From the NCBI GenBank assembly GCA_021513695.1, contig CP084166.1, forward strand, positions 2,400,001 to 2,464,000: a stretch of 64,000 bases of DNA, in the 5' to 3' direction. Made by a program: the position numbers and the translations under genes. Of this stretch, positions 41,790 to 52,358 are shown piece after piece. The DNA comes from Candidatus Heimdallarchaeum aukensis (lineage in GTDB: Archaea > Asgardarchaeota > Heimdallarchaeia > Heimdallarchaeales > Heimdallarchaeaceae). Under the pieces are notes generated by a model that saw nothing but the letters and a program-made list of their open reading frames with translations, was not told where the DNA came from and did no database searches. How positions within the stretch are numbered: position 1 is the first letter of the stretch; the number at the start of each line of letters is the position of its first letter.

Positions 41790-42263
41790 CTATATTTTTT
41801 TACTTTTATTTTTTTTATATTTTAGAATTGTTTGTTTTACCCAATTTTCGACCTCTTGATCATTTAACAATTCGTCACAATAATCCCAATATTCTCCTGC
41901 TAAAAGTCCCATCAGAGCAATTTTTTTGAATTTGCTAGGTTTTTTTGGTGTCAATACAAACAAGAAAAGGTATCTTGCTGCTTTATTTCTTATTTTTTTA
42001 ATATCTACATTATCTGAAAAAATTATTTCCTCATCTCGTATAGTTACAGCAACATCAGCACTCATAGTAGTTAAATTAGCTATCTTAACTAAAGAGAGTA
42101 AAGCATAATTTCGTATCCAATCTATGCGAGAAAAAGTTAATGCATGGTGATAAAGAGAAGAAACACAACCATTTTTTATTAACTCTCGCATAGCTTGTTT
42201 CCTTGTTTTGTCTCCTGATGAAGGTCTTACAATTAACTCATCAAACTCTTTACAATTGTTCAT
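41790..42263 (-). CDS. hypothetical protein
   Basis: 157-aa ORF with helical-repeat-like composition. Confidence 0.4.
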   Translation of the reverse strand: MNNCKEFDELIVRPSSGDKTRKQAMRELIKNGCVSSLYHHALTFSRIDWIRNYALLSLVKIANLTTMSADVAVTIRDEEIIFSDNVDIKKIRNKAARYLFLFVLTPKKPSKFKKIALMGLLAGEYWDYCDELLNDQEVENWVKQTILKYKKNKSKKI

Positions 42264-42314
42264 TGTTATTAGTTGATTTTTTAAAAAGATAAAAGTTGCT
42301 GTGGAATAGAATAA

Positions 42315-44492
42315 TTATTTTTTATATTCAAATTTTTCTGACACTCTAATGTCTCTAGATGAGAAACCTATAAGCAACTCAAATGTTCCTTCTTCTACTT
42401 TCCATTGATGTGATTGGGGGTCGTAGTATTGTAAATGTTCTCTGTTGAAATTAAACTGAATTTGTTTTTCTTCTCCTTCTTTAAGTGATATCTTAGCAAA
42501 ACCTTTTAGTTCCTTAAAGGGACGAATTAACGAGCAATCAACATCTCGAATATAAGCTTGAACCACAACTTTTCCACCTCTTTTCCCTGTGTTTCTAACC
42601 TTAAGTGTTGCTTGTATGGTTTCATTTCCTTTGAAACTTTTCTTGTTCAAAGTAAGGTTGTCACAATCAAAAGAAGTGAATGATAGACCATGACCGAACG
42701 GAAATTGGGGTTCTATATTCTGAGTATCGAAGTGTCTGTATCCTATCATTATTCCTTCCTTATAATTCATTGTTGTTGAAACAAAAAAGCGGTTTTTTTC
42801 TTTTGTATTTTGCTTTAAATGTTTAATTTTTTGATTAAGGTAGTCATCTGCATAATTTTTGACAGTAGAAAAGTCATTCCATCTCTTTGCCATTGTGAAA
42901 GGAAGTTTGCCTGAAGGGTTAACTTTTCCTAAAATAACTTCTGCTACAGGAATTGCTGCATTTTGCCCAAGGTAAAAACTGTGAATAATAGCTTCGACTG
43001 AGTTTAACCAACTTTCAGTTTCAAATCCTCCTCCAGCATTTACTACTACGATTATTTGTTTATTCAGTTCTGCTACTTTTTTGATCAATTTGGATTGATT
43101 TTGAACAAATTCCCAAGGTCTATCTAACGTTTCTGTTTCTTCCCATTCAGTAAAACCTGTACAAATAATAACTTTATCTGCTTCTTTTATTAGCTGTTGA
43201 TCCTTTTTTGTGATCTTATCTCTGTTTGACTTAATTGGAATAAAGTTGATGTTTGGAGCTAATTCCACTAGAGCTTCAAAAATACTCTTAGAATTAGGCA
43301 CATGAACATAGCATGACCCTCCTCCACTTGTGGGTGTTTTAAATGCGTTTCTTCCCAAAACAGCTATATTCTGTTCTTTCAGTGCATCAATTGGAAGACT
43401 ATTTATTTCATTTTTTAGCAAGACAATACTCTCTCTTGCAATTTCAAGGGCGATTTCATTATTTTTTTCTATCAAACTTTCAAAGTTTATTTTTTCTTTT
43501 CTCCTTCCGTATACACCCATTTCGAAAAATACTTTGAGGATATTTCTAACTTTAGAGTCAATCTCATCAAAGGAAGAAATGTTAGTACTCATGTGTTTCT
43601 TTTGTAAGTAATTAAGAATCTTTGTAACTGTGTAATGTTTAGCTTCTGGCATTTCAATATCTAAACCAGCTTCTAATGGTCCTTCAGTACTATAAACCGA
43701 ATCCCAATCAGATATTATAATTCCATCAAATTTCCACTTATTTCGCAAAATTTCAGTAAGTAGTTCTTTGTTCTCACTACAATGAACTCCATTAACTAAA
43801 TTGTATGCAGACATAATAGCTTTGGCTTTTCCTTTTTGAACAGCAGCTTTGAAAGCTGGAAAATATATCTCGTGAAGAGTTCTTTCATCAATAATAACGT
43901 TAGTTGAATGTCTTTTGTATTCGGAGTTGTTTGCTACAAAGTGCTTAACTGTTGCTATAATGCCTGTTTCTTGTAATCCTTGGACATAAGGAACAACAAG
44001 CTCAGAAGCTAAAAAAGGATCTTCTCCCATATACTCAAAATTTCTTCCATTAGTAGGAACTCGATAAATATTTACTCCTGGACCAAGTAAAACAGATATG
44101 TCTTTTGCTCTACACTCCTCACCTATTGCCTTAGCAACTTTGAAAATCAAATCTCTATTCCAACTTGCAGTCATAGCTATCAATGATGGAAAAGCCGTTG
44201 ACCTTCCATAAGTTCGAATACCAGAAGACGCATCTGTAGTCCAGACACGAGGAAGTTTTAAACGTTCAACACCAGAAATAGCAAAAATTTCTTCTCCAGA
44301 AAGAAGATTTATTTTTTCATTAAGTGTTAATTTATTTATAAGATATTCAACTTTTTCTTCTGTTGTTTCGAGTGAAAAAAATTCCTGTTTTCTAATTTCT
44401 TCATTAAGTTTAATGTCAGGTTCAAGTTTCTGGCTGAAATCAGGAGGAGAAGTAAAGATATGGTGAAGTATAACTTTTAATAATTTGTTCAT
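42315..44492 (-). CDS. bglX: beta-glucosidase, glycoside hydrolase family 3
   Basis: GH3 N-terminal KHFVANNSEYKRHSTNVIIDERTLHEIYFPAFKAAV. Nucleophile region GIIISDWDSV. C-terminal FnIII-like domain. 725 aa. Confidence 0.9.
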   Translation of the reverse strand: MNKLLKVILHHIFTSPPDFSQKLEPDIKLNEEIRKQEFFSLETTEEKVEYLINKLTLNEKINLLSGEEIFAISGVERLKLPRVWTTDASSGIRTYGRSTAFPSLIAMTASWNRDLIFKVAKAIGEECRAKDISVLLGPGVNIYRVPTNGRNFEYMGEDPFLASELVVPYVQGLQETGIIATVKHFVANNSEYKRHSTNVIIDERTLHEIYFPAFKAAVQKGKAKAIMSAYNLVNGVHCSENKELLTEILRNKWKFDGIIISDWDSVYSTEGPLEAGLDIEMPEAKHYTVTKILNYLQKKHMSTNISSFDEIDSKVRNILKVFFEMGVYGRRKEKINFESLIEKNNEIALEIARESIVLLKNEINSLPIDALKEQNIAVLGRNAFKTPTSGGGSCYVHVPNSKSIFEALVELAPNINFIPIKSNRDKITKKDQQLIKEADKVIICTGFTEWEETETLDRPWEFVQNQSKLIKKVAELNKQIIVVVNAGGGFETESWLNSVEAIIHSFYLGQNAAIPVAEVILGKVNPSGKLPFTMAKRWNDFSTVKNYADDYLNQKIKHLKQNTKEKNRFFVSTTMNYKEGIMIGYRHFDTQNIEPQFPFGHGLSFTSFDCDNLTLNKKSFKGNETIQATLKVRNTGKRGGKVVVQAYIRDVDCSLIRPFKELKGFAKISLKEGEEKQIQFNFNREHLQYYDPQSHQWKVEEGTFELLIGFSSRDIRVSEKFEYKK

Positions 44493-44601
44493 TTATATTA
44501 TAAAAACTAAAAGAATAGTTAAGTGTTATTATTACTATAGTTTGATTATTTATTAAAAAAAAAGACAAATGTTTTTAATAAAAAGTGCAAATTAAATAAC
44601 G

Positions 44602-45675
44602 ATGATAACTCCTTCAATATTTGCATTTTCTTTCCTAATAGAATCAACATTGTTGCTAGGATTTACTACCTATATTTTCATGAAAACCTATCTACAAATC
44701 AAGCACATATCTAATCTTCTAATGAGTATTGGGACAGGATTAGTGATGATTTCCTATTTCGTATCTTTTGGAATGGATTTTATTGATCAAACTGATGTTC
44801 AATCAGCTAAAATAATTTTGTCAATTACAAACATGATAATAACCATAGGTCTATTTTTTATTGCTCTATCTTTATTCTATATAAAATCAAAATATTTCAA
44901 CATCGCAGCAATTGTAGGTTCTTTTCTTGTTGGAATTGCGTTTATTACAGTTTCAAACACTGATAATCTAAGAATGTATTACAATGAAAAAGTTAATTTT
45001 TGGATTAATGACTATACAAAATATGCTAATATATTAATGAGTTCTATTTTTCTTGTTATTTTTATTTTAATTGCTTTGTATGTTACTGAAAAAATAAGAT
45101 ACATAGTAAATAAGAAAAAATTGTTCTCTTTCACTGTTCTTGGAATTTTTATTGCTTTTATATGGTTAGCAATAATTTCTATTCCTGGAGTATATATTTA
45201 CAGAGTCTATATTCTTCCTTTAGCACTATTTTTTATTGGTTTAGATAATTTATTTAATCCTCTAAGTCTGATAGTTTCTCATAACAAGCCAAGAGAAATC
45301 TTTCTTCTTTCAAGAACAAATGTTCCCCTTGTTGGTTATGACTACAGAAAACAAGAGAAAATAAATGATTTGAGTGATATTCGAATACTTAGAGTAAGTC
45401 AGCTACTTATAGAAGAGAAAGTAGGAGAAACAAAAGATGCCCACTTCTCTGCGAAACAAGGAGAATTAATATCCATAGCTTATGAGTGCTTTATTTTAAC
45501 AACAATTGCCAAGGAAATAGACCCTAATTTAAAATCTGTGCTCTATCTAACTTTGCAGAGGTTTTGTGATTGTATAAATTATTCAGTGTTTATATCTTCT
45601 GAAGTTTTAAAGAAAGATGAAGAAGAAAAGTTTCTTATGATTCTAAAAAGCAATCTAGATGCAATATTGTATTAA
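44602..45675 (+). CDS. membrane protein: N-terminal 7-TM domain plus C-terminal soluble domain (possible roadblock/LC7-like); paralog A
   Basis: 357 aa. The C-terminal region EIFLLSRTNVPLVGYDY...GELISIAYECFILTTIAKEIDPNL shows the alternating pattern seen in roadblock/LC7 domains. This is tentative. Confidence 0.5.
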   Translation: MITPSIFAFSFLIESTLLLGFTTYIFMKTYLQIKHISNLLMSIGTGLVMISYFVSFGMDFIDQTDVQSAKIILSITNMIITIGLFFIALSLFYIKSKYFNIAAIVGSFLVGIAFITVSNTDNLRMYYNEKVNFWINDYTKYANILMSSIFLVIFILIALYVTEKIRYIVNKKKLFSFTVLGIFIAFIWLAIISIPGVYIYRVYILPLALFFIGLDNLFNPLSLIVSHNKPREIFLLSRTNVPLVGYDYRKQEKINDLSDIRILRVSQLLIEEKVGETKDAHFSAKQGELISIAYECFILTTIAKEIDPNLKSVLYLTLQRFCDCINYSVFISSEVLKKDEEEKFLMILKSNLDAILY

Positions 45676-45825
45676 AAAGCAAGTACATTCTTTTTTTTAT
45701 TAAAACTAAAAAATGTCTACACTTGTTAATTGAATACATAATTGAAAAAGTTTTAAAAAATTTTAAGAACCTGAACTTGCCTATAAACAAAAAAGAGCAT
45801 AATTTTTTTAAGTTAATTTCAGCAT

Positions 45826-46905
45826 TTGATGATGATGCTAGTTTCTCTATACTCCTTATCATACTTTATCGAAGCTATTCTGTTTTATGGCTTTACATCG
45901 CTTATTTTCATTAAAAGCTACTTGAAATTAAAGCATGTTTCTAACCTATTTATGAGTATTGGAACATTTTTTGTTCTGCTTTCTTATGGTCTGTCTTTTT
46001 CATTAGCTTTTATTAGCCCAGAAAATTTAGAAAAAGCTAAAAAAATTTTGGTAAGTACAAATATGTTACTTATACTTGGTGTTTATTTAATTTCTATAGC
46101 ACTCATCTATATAAAATCAAAATTTTTCAATGTTGCGGCTATTACGAATTCTTTTTTGATAGGAGTCGCTTTTATAACTCTTTCTCACATTGAAAATTTA
46201 ACAATGACCTACAATGAAAGGGTGAAATATTGGGAAACAGACTATTCAAAACATGCGACTATATTACTATGTTCAGCTTTTTTGTTTATCGCAATTATAA
46301 TCTCTCTTTATGTGGTTGAGAAATTAAAGTATGACATTAAAAAAAGAAAATTCATTTCATTAACAACATTGGGGATATTTACTTGGTTCATATGGATATT
46401 AATAGTTCCTATTCCCAGATTATACCTATATCGGATATTTATATTGCCTTTAGCGCTTTTTTTTGTTGGTTTAGATAATTTATTCAATCCTTTAAGTTTG
46501 ATTGTATCTTCAAACAAGCCAACAGAAATCTTTCTTCTTTCAAAAACTAATATCCCTCTTGTTGGTTATGATTATAATAAAAGAAAGAAAATAGAAGATT
46601 TAAACGATATTAGAATACTTAGAGTTAGCCAACTAGTCATAGAAGAAAAAGTAGGAGAAACAAAAAATGCGTACTTTCACGCAACAGAGGGAGAATTACT
46701 CTCAATTGCTTACGGAAATTATATTTTAACAACTATCGCTAAAAAAATAGATGCTAACTTGAAAACTGTGCTTTCTCTAACTTTAAGAAAGTTTAACTCA
46801 TATATTAATGTCTCATCAGAAAAAAATGCAGAGGAGTTAAAACAGGATGAAGAAAAGATGTTTCTTACGATTCTAAATAATTATCTGGACACAATCTTAC
46901 ATTAA
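45826..46905 (+). CDS. paralog B of 44602..45675 (7-TM plus C-terminal roadblock-like domain)
   Basis: 359 aa, collinear with paralog A, with about 50-60% identity by eye across the TM and C-terminal domains. Confidence 0.5.
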   Translation: MMMMLVSLYSLSYFIEAILFYGFTSLIFIKSYLKLKHVSNLFMSIGTFFVLLSYGLSFSLAFISPENLEKAKKILVSTNMLLILGVYLISIALIYIKSKFFNVAAITNSFLIGVAFITLSHIENLTMTYNERVKYWETDYSKHATILLCSAFLFIAIIISLYVVEKLKYDIKKRKFISLTTLGIFTWFIWILIVPIPRLYLYRIFILPLALFFVGLDNLFNPLSLIVSSNKPTEIFLLSKTNIPLVGYDYNKRKKIEDLNDIRILRVSQLVIEEKVGETKNAYFHATEGELLSIAYGNYILTTIAKKIDANLKTVLSLTLRKFNSYINVSSEKNAEELKQDEEKMFLTILNNYLDTILH

Positions 46906-47169
46906 AGAATCTTTTTTCTGCTGATTTTCTAATTTGGAAATATTTTTAAGTACTCAATAAGAACCTATTGTGATAACAATGGATCTCATCCTCTCCTTAT
47001 AGTGTGTTGCGAGGGGAACTCGCGCTAAGAAAAAATGTCATGAATTTTGATTAGATTAGCGGCGAGTAGAGAAATTGTTAGAGTTTTGTTTTTACTTAAA
47101 CTGAGCTACAATTTTACTTTTCTCATACTAGCTGTTTTCTAATCAAATTTTGTTTAATCAAAAACGGAG

Positions 47170-48162
47170 GTGAAAAAAGTGTCAAATTACACAAAATTAA
47201 AGTGGTATCGCTTTGATATTGCAAGAAGAATCAGAGCGCTTGATGGAGAAGAACTAGTTGCAGAATTGGAAAAAATAATAGAAGAAATCAAAAGAAAAAA
47301 GTTAGATCGATTAGGCGTATTTAAAGTACAGATTAGAGAATTGGAACAGCTAATAGAAAATGAAAAAGCTCAACCAAAGAGAAAAGGAAGACAATACGAC
47401 CCCTTCTTTATTCCATATGGAGGGGATGGAAGAGTTGCACTTTTTGGTTTGTCAAATGTCGGAAAAAGCTCGCTTATGAATGCTATAACTAACGCAGAAG
47501 TAGCTACAGGAAATTATTTGAACACTACGAGACAAGCATTAGCAGGGACGTGTGAATACGAGAATGTAAAAATTCAGATTATTGATTTACCCGGTTTCCT
47601 AGACTTTAAAGAGGATTGGAACATTAGTAAACAAATCTTAAGGGTTGCTCGAACTTGTGACTCTATAACACTTGTAATAGATTTGTCAATGAATGTTGAA
47701 AGACAATATAACTTTCTTATCCAACAATTAGAAAACGCTAGATTAATTAAAGATGGAGAAACAATCTACAAATTTGCCATTATTGCAACAAAAGGTGATC
47801 TTCCTTGTACAGAAGAAGCTTTCAAGAAATTGAAAACAATAACTGATTTATCCATATGCCCAATCTCAATGAAAAATAAGGATTCTTTGGACAGATTAAA
47901 GAAAATGCTCTTTGAAACATTAAATGTAGTAAGGGTCTATACCAAGAAACCTAAAAATCAACCTGATATGGAGCATCCTCTCGTTCTACCAAAAGGTTCA
48001 ACAGTTAAAGATGTAGCACTGAAATTACACAAGGATTTCCTTAAATTTTTCAAATATGCTAGAATTTGGGGTAAATCTTGCGATTTTCCTGGTCAAAGAG
48101 TAGGGGTTGAGCATATTCTTGAAGACGAGGATATAGTAGAAATTTCAACTTCACAAAAATAG
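47170..48162 (+). CDS. DRG/Obg-family GTPase with C-terminal TGS domain
   Basis: G1 GLSNVGKSS, G3 DLPG, G4 ATKGD. TGS-like C-terminus VRVYTKKPK...KYARIWGKS...QRVGVEH..EDEDIVEI. GGAGG at 47166-47170. Start is GTG 47170 or GTG 47179. Confidence 0.85.
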   Translation: MKKVSNYTKLKWYRFDIARRIRALDGEELVAELEKIIEEIKRKKLDRLGVFKVQIRELEQLIENEKAQPKRKGRQYDPFFIPYGGDGRVALFGLSNVGKSSLMNAITNAEVATGNYLNTTRQALAGTCEYENVKIQIIDLPGFLDFKEDWNISKQILRVARTCDSITLVIDLSMNVERQYNFLIQQLENARLIKDGETIYKFAIIATKGDLPCTEEAFKKLKTITDLSICPISMKNKDSLDRLKKMLFETLNVVRVYTKKPKNQPDMEHPLVLPKGSTVKDVALKLHKDFLKFFKYARIWGKSCDFPGQRVGVEHILEDEDIVEISTSQK

Positions 48163-48258
48163 CCTAATTTCTACTTTTTTTTATTTCTAAAAAAAAGATT
48201 GAACGAAACTTTTAGTTCTGGATAAAATTTATAACATATTAATATCTTTTCGATTTCA

Positions 48259-48777
48259 ATGGATTCAGTAAGCCATGGAAGCGTTTCCACTCTTATCGGT
48301 TTTATTTTCATTCAATTTTATGACGTACCGTTTTTCCCCTTGCTGGCTATATTGTTTGTATGGGGAGTTTTAGTTGATTATGATCATGCAATATATTATA
48401 AGCAAAAACATCCTGAAGCAAAAATATGGAATATTCCTCAACTAATTAAGATCTATTTCAGTACTGTGGATAACAATGATGAATTTATTTATCATACATG
48501 GTTGCATGAACCATTAGGGGTATTGTTTGTAAGTGCAATAACAGTTCCAATTTTTTATTTCACTAAATATCCTGAATTTATAATTCTAGCAATAAGTTGT
48601 TACTTTTTTCATTTTTTACTAGATTTATTTTCTGGAAAGATGAAACCTTTAGCTCCCTTTAACGAAGAATTCACAATAAGATGGCAAATTCTTCCACGAA
48701 ATTCATTTACTGCTGCTTCAATATCATTGTTAGTATTTTTAGTTACATTGTCTATACAAATATTCATAGGTTTCTAA
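48259..48777 (+). CDS. hypothetical membrane protein (possible DUF457/YdjM-like metal-dependent hydrolase)
   Basis: 172 aa with 4 TM helices and conserved His/Asp near the helix ends (VDYDH, HTWLHEP). Confidence 0.4.
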   Translation: MDSVSHGSVSTLIGFIFIQFYDVPFFPLLAILFVWGVLVDYDHAIYYKQKHPEAKIWNIPQLIKIYFSTVDNNDEFIYHTWLHEPLGVLFVSAITVPIFYFTKYPEFIILAISCYFFHFLLDLFSGKMKPLAPFNEEFTIRWQILPRNSFTAASISLLVFLVTLSIQIFIGF

Positions 48778-48823
48778 TTTTTCAAAAAAAGCTTATTTAG
48801 TTAGAAGTTAAATGTAAATTGAA

Positions 48824-51217
48824 ATGTCAACAGAATTTGTAGGTAAAGTTCCTACTAAATTGGTAAAACTAGTGCTAAATCATGTTATAAGAAAAAAACA
48901 CTTTAAAAATAATCAAGTTATTCCGCCAGAGAATTGGCATTCGTTAGGTAATTTTGTAGGAATAGATAAAGAAAAGATGGAGATAAAACTAGAAAATGGT
49001 GAAATGAAGATAGAATATATCAAGCCCCATATAGTCAAGATTTTTTATGGTCTAAAAAAAGAAAAAAAGCCGTTAAGTTTTGCTATTGAGAAAGATCTTG
49101 ATTCATTTACACAAATTTTTGTTAGCGATAGAAAAGAAGTAGTAGACATAAGCCCTAAAGGAAGTAAGAAACAACAGAGTATTTCCATTATTATTGATAA
49201 AGATAATAATCTCTGCATTTTTAAATCTCCAAGAGGAGAGATTTATTCTGAAACTATACCAATTTATTCAGAAGAAAAGTGGTATAGAAGTTTAAAGATA
49301 TCAAATAAAACAAGAGAACATTATTTTGGTTTTGGAGAAGCTACAGGAGAGTTAGATAAAGTTAATAATACTGTTGCATTTTGGAATACTGACAGTCTAC
49401 CTTATGACAATAAAAGAAAAAATCTCTATCAAAGCCAGCCAATTCAAGTTACAATTCAAGAAAATGGTTTAATTTATGCAATAATTTATGATAACCCATA
49501 CAAATCTACAATTTCTGTTGAAAAAAACGAAGCAGGTTACATAACTGAATATTCTGTCGCTGGAGGAGGAATAATTTATTACCTTATAGTCAGTTCATCA
49601 ATTTCAGGCCTGTTTTCTGAATTAACATACATTTTAGGAAAAGTACCTCTTCCTCCATTAAATTCTCTAGGTCACCATCAAAGCCTATGGTCATATAAGA
49701 ATGAAGAAGAAGTGAGAAAAGTCGCAGAAACTTTCAGAAATAAGCAAATACCTTGCGACTTTATTCATTTAGACATTGATTATATGGATGGCTATAGAAT
49801 ATTTACGTGGAATAAAGAACGATTTCCAAATATTAAAGAATTATCGTCTGAATTACTCGAAAAACACAACATTAAACTTCTCGCTATTACCGATCCAGGA
49901 ATAAAAGTTGATCCCGAATATTTTATGTATAAGGAAGGAATAAAAGATAATCATTTTGTCAAAAATGAAGATGGAAAAACACTATTCGAAGGAGAAGTAT
50001 GGCCCGGACAATGTCATTTTCCTGACTTTAGCCAGCAAAAAACAAGAGAATGGTTTGGTAGTAAGTTTAAGATTTTAGATGAGTGTGGAATAGAAGCTTT
50101 TTGGATAGATATGAATGAACCTTCAGTTTTTTCAGAATTAGGGACTATACCAGAGGCTGCAATTCATCCTTGCGATGGAAAAAACAGATCTCATGCAGAA
50201 ATGCATAATCAATATGGACACTTGATGTCAAAAGCGGTTTATGAGGGATTAAAAAAAATCAATGAAAATAAACGTGTATTCATTTTAACTCGTTCAGCCT
50301 ATATTGGAACACAAAGATATGCTGGGAGCTGGACAGGAGATAATAATGCTGAATGGGGGCACCTAAGAATGAGTTTACCTATGTTGATGAATATGGCTAT
50401 AAGTGGACAAGTAATGATTGGTCCTGATATTGGGGGTTTTCTAGGAAAACCTTCTGCAGAATTACTCATTAGATGGTACCAAGCAGGATTATTCTATCCC
50501 TTTTTCAGAAATCATAGTATAAATAAAAATTGCCGACATGAGCCATGGGTATTTGGAAAGCGTGTAGAAAAAATTATCCGCAAAACAATCCAATTAAGGT
50601 ATCAGTTATTACCCTATCTCTATACTTCGCTGGTGGAAACTTGTAAAACTGGTATACCTCTCTTTAAAGCTCTTTTCATTGATTACATAAACGACGAAGA
50701 GGTCTATAATAAACAATGGCTTAATACTGAGTATTTAGTGGGAAATTCATTACTTATTGCACCAATTCTTAAAAAATGGAGAAGAAAAAGAAAAGTATAT
50801 TTTCCTAAAGGGACAAAATGGTTTAGTTTTGATGGTAGTCAAATTTATGAAGGAGGAAAAACATATACTATCTCTATCCCTCTTGATTCCTTCAATTTTA
50901 TTTTTATAAAAGAAGGTTCTATAATTCCAATAATTGATAAGGATATTCAATCAACAGAAGAAGTGCTGAAAGAGCCATTAACTATCCTAATTTGTGGAGA
51001 AAAAGAAGCAAAAGGAGAAGTTTACCTTGATGATGGTTATACTATGAATTATGAAAAAGAAGACTTTGAAATTGCAAGATTCGAAGCAAAGCTACAAGAG
51101 AAAGAATCATGGAATATTTACCTCTCTAGAGAAGGGAAAAAGAAGAAATACATCAATGTTGAAAATGTAAAGCAGGTAGGCCATAGGACTATAGGTTTTG
51201 CAATATTTGAAGAATAA
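48824..51217 (+). CDS. alpha-glucosidase, glycoside hydrolase family 31
   Basis: GH31 nucleophile motif FWIDMNEP. Acid/base region YAGSWTGDN. 797 aa. Confidence 0.9.
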   Translation: MSTEFVGKVPTKLVKLVLNHVIRKKHFKNNQVIPPENWHSLGNFVGIDKEKMEIKLENGEMKIEYIKPHIVKIFYGLKKEKKPLSFAIEKDLDSFTQIFVSDRKEVVDISPKGSKKQQSISIIIDKDNNLCIFKSPRGEIYSETIPIYSEEKWYRSLKISNKTREHYFGFGEATGELDKVNNTVAFWNTDSLPYDNKRKNLYQSQPIQVTIQENGLIYAIIYDNPYKSTISVEKNEAGYITEYSVAGGGIIYYLIVSSSISGLFSELTYILGKVPLPPLNSLGHHQSLWSYKNEEEVRKVAETFRNKQIPCDFIHLDIDYMDGYRIFTWNKERFPNIKELSSELLEKHNIKLLAITDPGIKVDPEYFMYKEGIKDNHFVKNEDGKTLFEGEVWPGQCHFPDFSQQKTREWFGSKFKILDECGIEAFWIDMNEPSVFSELGTIPEAAIHPCDGKNRSHAEMHNQYGHLMSKAVYEGLKKINENKRVFILTRSAYIGTQRYAGSWTGDNNAEWGHLRMSLPMLMNMAISGQVMIGPDIGGFLGKPSAELLIRWYQAGLFYPFFRNHSINKNCRHEPWVFGKRVEKIIRKTIQLRYQLLPYLYTSLVETCKTGIPLFKALFIDYINDEEVYNKQWLNTEYLVGNSLLIAPILKKWRRKRKVYFPKGTKWFSFDGSQIYEGGKTYTISIPLDSFNFIFIKEGSIIPIIDKDIQSTEEVLKEPLTILICGEKEAKGEVYLDDGYTMNYEKEDFEIARFEAKLQEKESWNIYLSREGKKKKYINVENVKQVGHRTIGFAIFEE

Positions 51218-51260
51218 TTAATTTAATTGTAATAACTAAAAAATATTAGTTTATTTACTT

Positions 51261-51587
51261 TTAGCTTTCAGGGATAGAACGAGGAATAGATGGGTCATCA
51301 GCTTCGTGATATATCTTTCCTTCTCTACCAAGGGAGATTTGCTTTTTTCCTAAATATTCTTTACACCAACCATTAACAATACTAACTACTTGTCCAACTT
51401 TGTAATCTTCTCCCGCTTTAGGACCCCAAAGAGTTAGAACAGTTGAACCAGTTTGGTCAACTAATAATAAATCCCAAGCATAAAGCCATCTTCCTCGAGA
51501 GTTAATTTTTCGTGGACCTTGTTTAGAAATTATTCTAGCTTTTATCTCGTCAAAATTGCTATTTGCTTTCAGTTCATTAATTTTCAT
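51261..51587 (-). CDS. OB-fold nucleic-acid-binding protein (RPA/SSB-like, small)
   Basis: 108 aa. LLLVDQTGSTVLTLWGPKAGEDYKVGQVVSIVNG is typical of the OB-fold anticodon/ssDNA-binding pattern. Confidence 0.5.
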   Translation of the reverse strand: MKINELKANSNFDEIKARIISKQGPRKINSRGRWLYAWDLLLVDQTGSTVLTLWGPKAGEDYKVGQVVSIVNGWCKEYLGKKQISLGREGKIYHEADDPSIPRSIPES

Positions 51588-51679
51588 AAATTTTATTTTA
51601 AATTAAGGCACATAAACTTTTTTGTACATTCTTCTTTGTCTTAGAAATAGAAAAAAAATAATAATAAAAAAATAAGAGA

Positions 51680-52354
51680 CTAGTTTCCTGTTTCAGCTAA
51701 AGCTATCTGGATTGCTCTTTCTATATTCTCATCTACTCGCAATCCTTTATTCCTATCTTGGGGGGAAACAACATTTATGATAGCGATGTCTGCTCCATTG
51801 AAGTAAGCTTCTTTTACCTTATTTACCACTAAACCTCCTGCAACTGAAATAAGTGTGTCAAATTTTGATCTTATTTTAGTTATATCTTTATATCGAATGA
51901 TACTTCTTGGATTGTCTTCTTCATCTCGTCCTTTATGAATAACTACCGCATGGGGTTTAAAACGTAAAGGCATCATTTTGCGTAGAGGGTTAGTTACTCC
52001 TAACATGTCAATAACGGCATACAAACCATTTTCTCGACAGAATTTACAGAACAAGTTTAGGGTGTCTATAGGTGCTGAACCTAATACTGTTACTGCATTT
52101 GCTCCAGCTTTTGCTGCTATCATTGTTTCACTAAAAGCACCATCTGTTAGTTTTAGATCCGCTAAAAGTAAACCTCTCCAATGTCTCCGAATATAGTGAA
52201 CACCTCTCATCCCTTCGAGTTTAATAAAAGGTGTTCCTGCCTCAATTATAATTCTTGGATCGTTAGGTATTCTAGGGAGAATAGCTCTGACTTGTGATAA
52301 GTCACCGTTAAAAGCTATCTGGACATACCTACGATGCGAATCCAAGTTTATCAT
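51680..52354 (-). CDS. 3-hexulose-6-phosphate synthase / OMP-decarboxylase-family (KGPDC/HPS) TIM-barrel protein
   Basis: IIIEAGTPFIKLEGMRGV...LLLADLKLTDGA...AGANAVTVLG matches the HPS/OMPDC suprafamily signature (D-x-K-x-x-D). Confidence 0.65.
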   Translation of the reverse strand: MINLDSHRRYVQIAFNGDLSQVRAILPRIPNDPRIIIEAGTPFIKLEGMRGVHYIRRHWRGLLLADLKLTDGAFSETMIAAKAGANAVTVLGSAPIDTLNLFCKFCRENGLYAVIDMLGVTNPLRKMMPLRFKPHAVVIHKGRDEEDNPRSIIRYKDITKIRSKFDTLISVAGGLVVNKVKEAYFNGADIAIINVVSPQDRNKGLRVDENIERAIQIALAETGN

Positions 52355-52358
52355 GTTC

